In this document: piece after piece, positions 23,014-34,400 of the stretch | Numbering within the stretch: position 1 is the stretch's first letter | Layout of the letters: every line of letters starts with the position of its first letter | NCBI RefSeq assembly: GCF_002113885.1 | Contig: NW_018408899.1 | Location: forward strand, 2,118,278 to 2,182,277 | Reading direction: 5' to 3' | From: Mizuhopecten yessoensis | Lineage: Eukaryota | Length of the DNA stretch: 64,000 nt | The notes under the pieces: generated by a model | What the model saw: only the letters and a program-made list of their open reading frames with translations | What the model was told of the DNA's origin: nothing | The model's database searches: none | Position numbers and translations under genes: made by a program

Positions 23014-24063
23014 TTTTTAGGTCACCTGAGCTTTGCTCAAGTGACCTATTCCAATCGCTTTTCGTCCGTCGTCGTCCGTCGTCCGTCGTGCGTCGTGTGT
23101 CGTGCGTAAACTTTTACATTTTCAACTTCTTCTCAAGAACCAGTGGATGGATTTTTTTCAAACTTGGTCAGAATCATCCTTGGTAGATGAGGCTTCAAAA
23201 TTGTAAAATTGGGATTCCTACCCCCACCCCTGGGGCCAGGGCGGGGCCCCAAAGGGAAAATTATCCAATATTTCAAAAATCTTCTTCTCCAGACTCACAG
23301 GTACTACAGTGATTTTCTCTACGTGGAAAGAAAGATCATCAGGGGCTTTACTTAAATTGTAAATTTCAGGACCCCCGAGCTATCCGTTCTCCCTTGGGGA
23401 GGGGGTAAAGTTTACTATAGTTTATATAGGGAAATAACACTTTTGGGTATATTTTGACAACTTTCTGTAGGAAATTATTTTTACTTGGTGAGAATTATCC
23501 TTGGAGGTAGATGGTTTCAAATTGTAAAATTGAGATTCCTACCCCGACCCCTGGGGCCAGGGCGGGGCCCCAAAGGGAAAATTAATCAATATTTCAAAAA
23601 TCTTCTTCTCCAGACTCAGAGGTACTACAGTGATTTTCTTTACGTGGAAAGAAAGATCATCAGGGGCTTTATTTAAATTGAAAATATCAGGACCCCGAGC
23701 TATCCGTTCTCCCTTGGGGAGGGGTTAACGTTTAATATAGTTTATATAGGGAAATAACACTTTTCGGTATATATTTTATATATTTTCAGCAGAAAATTGC
23801 TCAAACTTAGTCAGAATCATCTTGGGTAAATGAGAGTTTTACTTTGTAAAATTAGGATTCCTGCCCCATCCCCAGGGGCTAGAGCGGGGCCCCAAAGGGA
23901 ACATTTACCAATATTTTCAAATTCTTATCCATTGATGACATGACAAGTATTGTATTTCACTTAGTTTACATGCTGATTTCCACATCACATCTAAACAGTA
24001 AAATAAAGCTACCAGTATCTATGATATAACTCAGGTGACCGCTAAGGCCCTTGGGCCTCTTGT
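23014..24063 (+). mobile_element. Non-autonomous Helentron-like (HINE/DINE-1-type) element
   Basis: 5' TTTTTAGGTCACCTGAG with subterminal inverted repeat, (CGT/GTCC) microsatellite, ~320-bp internal repeats, 3' CTCAGGTGACC plus AGGCCCTTGGGCCT hairpin plus CTTGT. Confidence 0.8.
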
Positions 24064-25459
24064 CTTTTACATTTATAACTCATACAAGCTTCCAAGGTAC
24101 TGACCAAACATCACGACTGACTATGCCTGTTTTAAAAAAAATTGACCTCAATGACCTTAAACAAAGGTCAAAGTAATTCTTTTTATTTTGTAATGCTCCA
24201 TGCCAGCCAGCTTTTGGCCAAGTATCATCATCCTGTACAACCTCCGGGATACTGGTGCATTAGTAGTCGAGATTTGAACAACATAAACAAACATATTTTA
24301 TGTCCTGTACACATATCTAGGATAGTTTGGACATACAGGAGAAGTGTGGAAAGTGCTTAATAATTATTTTTTACAGACGGCAACAGATTGCAATTTCTCT
24401 CTTGACAATTTGGGCCAGACGAGCTAAAAAGAATCAATGCTATATACTTAAGACCATTTCTGTAGAAGTTGTAACAGTGTACTTCAGATTAAACACAAAC
24501 ACTACCAATTACTTTAAATAAAAATCTTTAATGTTCATGATAAACGCGACAAAATGGATTGCATGATAATGAGATTACATTCTAAAACTTTCACTATATC
24601 TGTTGTTCACCAACCAAAGTACCATAATTTCCGCAACTAATATATCCAACATATCAAATTTAATTTTTTAAATCATTTTTATAACTTGCATTGAAACTTA
24701 ATATCTGAAAAAGTAAAGCAAACTTCACAATGATTAAAGAATGCTACCAACATTTGCGAAATCAAATCAAATCCACGGCATCATACTCTTCTTTACAACG
24801 ATCTTGTGCACATATTTGATAACTGGTTGATCTTCCATAAGCCACAACACAATCTCTGATGTACTTTCACAGATAAGGAGGATCTCCTTTGGTAAATTCC
24901 AGCAGATTCACCGAATCTGTATGCAATATTTACACAAAGATTTACATATCAAGGTATTTAACTTTCCTTCCAGCACATGTAGTCAAATTTTAGGATTGAA
25001 TATGTTCTGTAACCATTTTACTCTGAAATAGGTTAAAATCAATATCACTTTGTTCCTAATACATGTATTTACTTTTCAACATAACATTGTAAAGAAACCT
25101 GGCCTCAGAACCCTGTGGACTTTGGTTTTCTTAAGTTACCACTTTTCCAAAATATAGTCTCTTATATTTGTTGAATTCACTTCAAAATATAAATATAAAT
25201 AAATTGAAAAATCACCTTTGAATGTTACCTTAAGAATGATATTTTCAGTTTTTTCATTTTTGTTCAAAAAAATTGTAACTACTACATATGAAAATTTGTT
25301 ACATATGAACAAAAACATTCTTTTCAACATTTTTCAAATAATGGTTACCAAGGAAAGTACACTAGCAAGCACTTATTTTCCAGAACACTCTAGGTATTTC
25401 AGCTTCATTTTCCCACGTCTTGATAAATCCAGGCGTGTGTTCAAAGTCCCATCATATCA

Positions 25460-28400
25460 TCAGGAAACCTCCAAGTCTGCCATGTTAAGAAGCCTGTAAG
25501 CAATATCACGTTGTAAAGGTCTCTGTAACGGGTGAGCTAACAGCTGTGCCATTTGATCATATAACTTGGTTGGATTTCTGGCTGCTTCAAAGATGTAACT
25601 CTGTCCTTTTTCATCCAAGTCACAAATACAGTCAAATATTTGCTGAAAAGAAATAACCATATTTTAATCAAATTAATAGTTTTATTTCAATCTCATTTTT
25701 TTCAAAAACAGGTACATATTTCGATTTTTTTTTTTAAATTCAAAAGAATTCTGGTGATCTCTTCTTTTGAATTTTGATTACTCTTATGGCCGGACTAGTG
25801 AATTCCATTTAGGAATACATCAACTGGGGTATGGAGAACTAAACATACACTAGCGGATGCTGTGAACACAAACAAAATCGTAAGGTGCAAACTTGTCTGA
25901 GCAATATTTTTATGGAACATTTATATCATTTTCATCAAGTAATGTCTTAATGACCTAGGCAGAAGAATGAGGACAAAAGAAACGGTTGATTGACAAACTG
26001 CAGGGTGTACCATAATACCATCAACACTCTGACTCTACTTTATGTTGTTCTTATACTAATTTTCTCACACATAGATAACAAAATTCCAGTAAAAACTTCA
26101 GCTCAAACTCACATGATACAATACAAGATAGTGGCGAAGATAGGGCCAGACTCAGCAAGGATCATAAAATTGTCTTGGACTTCAAACAGCAGATGTTTGC
26201 AAAAGATCTATTTTAAGCTAACGTACGGGAACATACATTACTTACATTTAGTGTATATGGATGTACAAAAAAACTACATGTAAATGAAGTCAAATTCTTA
26301 TATAAGTATGAAACTGAAAGTTTAGACATCACTCCAATTTGTACTTATATCCACATTGTTTCATGATTGTAGAGCCTGTTTACCGACCACATGATCGTCA
26401 AGCCCTGGTTACCCTGCCTCCGTGATGGAGTTTTTACCTATCAAATGACGGTGGGGCCTGTACTTTCTCCCACAATTGATTGAATTGCCTCTCGTTTAAC
26501 CTGTTCAAGATTTCTCTGCATCCCCCTAGGGTATGATTTCTCTGTTACCCTGTAGGGTATGTCAGATTGCACGCAGAAAGAAACAATATCATGATGTCAC
26601 AGGAACAATCAGACGTGACATTATAATCAGCTCTTGATTGCAGAGCCGGAGGATATGCAAATCAGGAAAAAAACATTACTTTTTACTCGGTATTGGAATG
26701 AAGGGAGAACAATAAGTATCCCCTTCCTTGAGGGTGTAACAGAGACATCTCCAACACTCAGGGATATTATTTGGTTGTCTAACCCTCGACAGAATCACAG
26801 GTCTGGTTAGGCAAACAAACCAATCACCCCTATGGTTGGCGATTTCTCTGTTGAACCCTCAAGGAAGGGGAAGATTCTTTTAGTCTACCCTGTCTCCATG
26901 ATGGATTTTTTACCTACCACATGATGGTGGGGCCTGTACTGTCTAGCCTGTCTCCATGATGGAGTTTTTACTTACCACATGATGGTGGGGCCTGTACTGT
27001 CTAGTGTCTACCCGTCTCCATGATGGTGTTTTTACCTACCACATGATGGTGGGGCCTGTACTGTCTAGTGTCTACCCGTCTCCATGTTGGTGCTTTTACC
27101 TACCACATGATGGTGGGGCCTGGACTGTCTAGCCTGTCTCCATGATGGAGTTTTTACTTACCACATGAAGGTGGGGCCTGTACTGTCTAGTGTCTCCCTG
27201 TCTCCATGATGGTGTTTTTACTTACCACATGATTGTGGGGCCTGTACTGTCTAGTGTCTGCCCGTCTCCATGATGGTGTTTTTACCTACCCCATGATGGT
27301 GGGGCCTGTACTGTCTACCCTGTCTCCATGATGGTGTTTTTACTTACCACATGATGGTGGTGCCTGTACTGTCTAGCCTGTCTCCATGATGGAGTTTTTC
27401 CTTACCACATGATGGTGGGGCCTGTACTGTATAGTGTCTACCCGTCTCCATGATGGAGTTTTTACTTACCACATGATTGTGGGGCTTGTAATGTCTACCC
27501 TGTCTGCAGGATGGAGTTTTTACTTACCTCACACTTGTTGTCTTCAGAGGGAGGCTCATGCACATACAGGGCATCAACAAAAAAGTATGGCGAGGAATCC
27601 AGGAAACGGAACATCTGAAACCAAATGATTCGGGTCAAATGCAATTTAGTCAGGATATCTGTAACAGTTTTGAACCCAACATGTCTTGTAGATAGAGAAT
27701 AATACATGCCTTTTTCCATATCACACCCAGTATCAACCCGAGACTGCAATATCAGCACAAGGGCCGAAGGCCCGAGGGCTGATATTGATCGAGGGTTGAT
27801 ACTGGGTTTGATATGGAAAAAGGCATGTTTTATTCTGTTTATTACATACTTACTAATAAAAGCTACTATCTTAAAATCTATTTTTCTTTTGAAATATTGA
27901 AAAAACGAAAAATTTCCAAAAGGGGTGTGATACGGGTTTTGCGGGCTGATACAGGTTTTGGGGTGTGATACGGCGGGGCTGATACGGCTTTTGGGGTGTG
28001 ATACGGCGAGTGCTGATATGGGTAAGAGCAATTGTATCGTATCGCATATACAAACAAGAGGCCCAGAGGGCCTGTATCGCTCACCTGAATATGTTTAAAA
28101 TAATTGGTATGAAGTAAAGATATAGCACTCCATGGTAGGTGCTGTAAGTACATATGAAATTTCAGAAAAACCCATCCAGTACTTGAGATATAAAAAATTT
28201 CAAACAGAGCCCCACCCCTATGACCCTGGGTCATACCCACCGTTTATACAAATTGAGTCCCCTTGGCCCAAGGATGCTCCAGACTAAATTAGGATAAAAT
28301 CCCTACGGTAGGAGAAGGATTTTGAAGGTTTTACCTATTTTCCCTAATCGTACCCGCCCATCTGTCCCAAGGGGGCCACACCCACCATTTATACAAAATG

Positions 28401-31400
28401 GAGTCCCCTTGGCCTAAGGATGCTTCAGACTAAATTTAGTCAAAATCTACTTGGCCGTTCAGGACTAGTAGCGTTTTAAAGGAAAAGTTGACGGACGAAC
28501 GGACGGACACCGGACGCTGCGGTATGGCATAAGCTCACCATGGTCCTTTGGACCAGGTGAGCTAAAAACCTGTATCTATTATCTATTAGTAAGTATGTAA
28601 TAAAAGATGTTACATGCAAACAGTTTCATTACACTGCAGCAGTCTTTTTCAAAGCATCTATGTAGACAAATATTTGATTAAATTTTACAAATAATTAATG
28701 GAGCTCAGGTTTTCTCTTTTACACAGTACTGAATGTATATCATGTAACCAGCAAGTACCTCTTTGTCAGCCATGTTGATAGTTCCCTGTGATCGCCCCAG
28801 TAACAACAAGGTCCTGACAATATATGGGGGTGGCAGTACCGCAGGGTCACCAGACACTTGTGGCAACTCCACACGGGAATTTCTGGAAACAAACACATTA
28901 GGGTAGAATTATCGCACAAAAATATTACAAAACTTTTGAAATCTGTATGAAGTGAATACTACTGGGTCGGTGAAACGTGAAACTCTCTAAGACTGAGGTC
29001 CAAATATTGAATGTCAAAAAGTACATGCCCATCTTGGAAGGAAATTTCTCAATTTTTTTATTTTGGTGAAACAACAACCATATAAAAACTTATTCTGATA
29101 TGGCATTGACAAGTTAGAGACAACAGGACCTAGATCATTAAATGATTTAATTTAGGCTGTTCTATTAAGCTGCAAACATTTGTCATGTGATGTTTAACAT
29201 TAATATCACAGCGGATGACAAAATCTATGGACCAAAATCTATAATAATCATAATAATAATATACAGCATTTATCTAGCGCCCTATATAATTTGTAAAATT
29301 ACTCTAAGGCGCTTTACAACATATAGATAATAGTAATGGTTATAATTGTGAAAACAAACAACAAAGGCTTGCAATCACTTTCATACATTTAACAAGCAAT
29401 GTGCACATAATTGAACAAATAAAAGGGTGGTATTTACATGACGTCTTTGCAAATATTCTAAAATGCAGACGTGAAGAGGTGAGTCTTTATGTCCCTCTTG
29501 AACTTGGCCAGGGTATTCGACTTCCTAATAGCAGATGGTAAGCTATTCCACAACGTAGCCGAAACCCTCCCAAAGCATCTGTTTCCGTAGGTCACAGTAC
29601 GAGATTTTGGGACACACAACAAAGATTCTGACTCCGACCGCAGTGATCTTGACGGCTGATACAGGGTAACAAGTTCCTGTAGGTACTGAGGAGCTGTTCC
29701 ATTCAGTGCCTTGTATGTGTATACCAGAATTTTGTACTGCGACCTGTATCGTACAGGTAACCAGTGCAACGAATAAAGCGCAGGTGTGATGTGCTCTCTC
29801 TTTCGAGTACGAGTAACTAGCCGTGCTGCAGTGTTCTGAACCCTCTGCAGACGACTAGTTAGTTTNNNNNNNNNNNNNNNNNNNNNNNNNNNNNNNNNNN
29901 NNNNNNNNNNNNNNNNNNNNNNNNNNNNNNNNNNNNNNNNNNNNNNNNNNNNNNNNNNNNNNNNNNNNNNNNNNNNNNNNNNNNNNNNNNNNNNNNNNNN
30001 NNNNNNNNNNNNNNNNNNNNNNNNNNNNNNNNNNNNNNNNNNNNNNNNNNNNNNNNNNNNNNNNNNNNNNNNNNNNNNNNNNNNNNNNNNNNNNNNNNNN
30101 NNNNNNNNNNNNNNNNNNNNNNNNNNNNNNNNNNNNNNNNNNNNNNNNNNNNNNNNNNNNNNNNNNNNNNNNNNNNNNNNNNNNNNNNNNNNNNNNNNNN
30201 NNNNNNNNNNNNNNNNNNNNNNNNNNNNNNNNNNNNNNNNNNNNNNACTGTCGTCGTTCACTCAGGTATGACTGTATCCAGCATAGTGCGGTATCAGTCA
30301 CTCCATAAGAGTGTTCCAGACGTTTATAAAGTATGCCATGGTTGATGACGTCAAATGCAGCTGACAAGTCCAGCATGACAAGCACCGCTCTGCACTTGTT
30401 ATCCAATGCAGAAGCTATATCACTATGTACACGTAGGAGGGCCGTCTCAGTAGAGTGTCCCATGCGGTAGGCCGATTGCATGTTGTCATGGAGACTGTTT
30501 GCATGGAGATGAACCTCTAAATGTCGGGACACAACCTTCTCCAAGATCTTAGACAGAAAAGGCAGATTTGAAACTGGGCGGTAGTTTTTGAACTCCTCCT
30601 TGTCCATTCCAGGCTTTTTTAACAATGGTCTGACATGTGCCTTCTATGGACCTGGCAGTTTAATATGGACGTTATTTGAAAAAGTTTAGATATGTACACG
30701 CACATGTGTACCCTCCCTCAACAAAGAACATTTGTCCAAGACCAGTTACACACAGCTTACATGTTTACACTTGCAATGCAGGGGATGGTTTTTGAAGAGA
30801 GTTACATGTACATGGTCTGCTGGAATATACTTCATTTTATATGCAGGTACATGTATAATTATCAAACAATGCATGATAATCAATGAAAAGGGTTGTAAAC
30901 CCTTTCAACACTGTAGATTATAATGGACTCATCCAGATAAATGTATGGTAGAGTCTACTAAGCTACCTAGGGGTGAAAGGGTTGATCACAGATGTGATAT
31001 TTCTGTTGAGCTTTAACATGATTACAATGATTTTGCTTACACATGTTACAGTTAAAAGATTTTTTTTTTTATCTGAAAATGTACCTTTTTTCTCAGCACT
31101 ATTCTTTAAATGCAAGGTTTCAAATTCTGCCATGTGCTACAGTCAAGTCTTATGATTTACACAAAGCAGAATTTTAGCCCTGATGTTTCATTTTTATCTG
31201 GGACTGCATAATAATGATTCCTTTGTGGAACTGAAGGAAATATCTAAACTCTTCGTGGGTACGCTTCAAACAAAAATATTTTATAAAATTTCTATGTTAA
31301 GTTACATATAAGGACCAAAATATGTGGGACTGAAGGTTATATCCAAACTTATTGGTGGGTACTGTCAAAAAAAATTATAAATATATTTGATAAAAGTTCT

Positions 31401-34400
31401 GTGTTATGGGACATATTATGACCAAAATATCTTGCATATTTAAGCCATAGAAAATTAAGGATACATGTACCATATCACATGCACTTTCCCCCTGTGGTCT
31501 GATGAAAAACATGTGGAAAAAAGGTCAGAAACATGCATCATATCAAAGAAGGAGCTGCTCTAAATATATTTTGGTAAATAAATCAAATATACATTCATTC
31601 TGACAAAAAGCACATTGAATGAACACAAAAAGTAATAAACTTGATTAAGGTTTGTTTTTTAACCAATTTTAAAACTTGGATGCAACACATAATGATTAAA
31701 ATCAAATTCTTGACAGCATACCTAGAGACTAAGATGTAACACTAAACTTTGGACACATTTGCTCCTTAAGAAGCTGAGGAATTTAAACATACTGTATTTT
31801 GTTTTCTCGCACCTCAGACAGAGATATCCCATGCCATACCCCATGCTAGATTTTTCTATCTCGTCTGATCTGTCTTGCACCTTTATTTGACATTTAGCAG
31901 AATTTTACACTGCGATGTATTCATCCACGCGTTAACTGCTTGAAATTGACAATCTGCATTGTAAATGCTCTGTTTTGTTTTCATATGTATAGTTTTGATG
32001 TTGTAGATAAAATATAAGAGGCCCAATGGGCCTTAATCGCTCACCTGGCATTAATCTCACACCTGTAATCTAAAAAGTGGGCTAAAATACAACTACAGGC
32101 AGTATATCAGTGTGTGATTCATAAGAACCTATTAAAAGATTTAAACATAAGACGCCTGTGACCTTGAATGTCGAACAAGGACATTATGTTGAAAGTGTAT
32201 CAAGGTCATTTATTTGAACAAACTTGGTAGTCCTTCATCCCAGCATGCTACAGGCCCAATTTCAGTGCCCTGGGCCTTTTGGTTATTGAGAAGCGGTTTG
32301 ACGATTTTAACATATTTGACCCCTTTGACCTTGAAAGTGGGTCAAGGTCATTTATTTGAACAAACTTTGTAGCCCTTGATTCCAGCATGATACTGGCCAA
32401 ATATCATGATCCTAGGCCTTTTGGTTACTGAAAAGAAGTTGTTTAAAGTAAAAAGTTGATGCCGGACGATGGATGGACGGACAGACAGACGGATGCCGCA
32501 CCATGGCATAAGCTCACTTGCCCTTCGATCAGGTGAGCTAATAATCTACACTGTGAAATACGTTGTCATCTATGACAGAACAGACTACATTTTTACGCGG
32601 AAGCATTCAAATGTAGCTTAAGTAGTGAAGAGGTCATTATCATTTGAGGCCCCAGACGGGATACTTGAAGTTTTTAACGAAATTAAATTTTTTTTCAAGC
32701 TAAAAGATGCGAGAAAAAAAATCAAGTATCGGGCTAAGATTCTGTAACATCCCAACCTCGGCTTACGCCTCAGTTGGTATTTTGTTACAGAATCTTAACC
32801 CTCGACTGCGATAACCCGATCTCGCTCAGTTACAGGTAATAGATTTTATTAATCAATTACAGAAAGATTTTTTATCATTGAAAAAACGATGTTTGGCTCA
32901 GAGAAAATCAATACATTTATAATGGTGTCTCGTACATAGTGTTTCATCTTAGTTTAGATTATAATTGATTTTTTTTTTCATTTCAAAGTAAAGAACTTTC
33001 TTTTCCTTTTGATATAATGCTACAGATAAGACCTAGTTTCCAATACATCATGATTTCATAAAAAAAAAATAGATTTAGTTCTCAATTTCAGAGTGGCTAA
33101 GATGTAACACAAATTTCATGACAACAAATTCTTGGTCATATCTCACATGAAGAACTTACATGAGATCAAATATGGACCCAATATTAAGTGTATCACATGG
33201 ACTGGTGTCTTCAAGGTCATCCAGCAAATGTATTATCTCCCTTGGATTACTGCTGAAGTCTCGAACCTGTCAACAAAGATGCCAATAACATTCAGAAATT
33301 TAGCTCAAACATTAAGAAGTCTGTCTGTCAACAGACTCTTTCACTTTCAGTGATTATCTGTTATACAGGTTTATTATTGCAGGCAACTCTTACATGGATT
33401 CGCTTTCAGGTGGCTACTCAAATACGACTCAACATTTATTTTACAAACTGAAGATATATCCATTTTATCACATTTGCTTTGGTACATTTAATGAGTAAGT
33501 TAAAGTGTTTACTACAAGTACAAGCAATCATGTTTGTATTGACTTTGACCAAAAACTGCAGTGACCCCTCAATGTGAAAACATTTGATACTTCATGAGCA
33601 TAATATCTTGCTGGGAGACCTAGTTTTTTTTATTAAGGCTTCAGTGTCAACAATGAATGTAAAACCATTTTTTTTCCTTTTATTGTACAAAGCAGAATCT
33701 GAAAATTAAAATGAAATTTATACAGGTACAAATGTACCAATTTTCTTACACATGTCAGTTCCAAGAGTTATAGACTTTATATACCTACCCACACAGCATT
33801 TTCTTGTAAGATGATTAAAGCATACTGATGCTTTTTGTTGATTCTGCTTTTACTTTGCAGGAATAATCTCAATGCTCGCTTAATCAACTTCAATGGGGTC
33901 CATTTATCTCTGAAATGCAATATCAAGAATAAATTTCTTTAAGAAATCTGATGTTATATAGCAGGTACAAAAAGAATTACATCTGCATATAAATCATGGG
34001 TGCAAATCAACCAACTATTAAAGAAAATTTTCAGACAAAGATTGACCAATTTTTGTAATTACACAATGTAGAAAAGCTTTAACAAATTACCAGAAGTTTA
34101 TCTTAAATATCCCAGTGATTTGTAAATGAAAAGCAGCAATCTTCTTCACCATATTTATATTCTTATTGTTTCTTTTTCTTTCAAATGAATTAAAGGCAAT
34201 AAATTTTAGTACATCACTTTCTTGATGTCAAAGAAAATAGATATATGCAATACTATATATGGATTTTGAAAGTTATTTAGTAAGTTTGCAGCTATGCTGG
34301 AATCAGAGTCATGGTTAATTATTTATACATGTTCTTAAAAACAATTAGATCAACAATGAACTGCTGGTAAAGTCTTCATCGTAAACATACAAATCAGACA

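Noticed and set aside
29458-30625. Two long ORFs containing X runs
   Set aside because: Both are pieces of one L2 ORF2 separated by a 381-N assembly gap. Frame and length across the gap are unknown, and the gap looks shorter than the missing RT segment.
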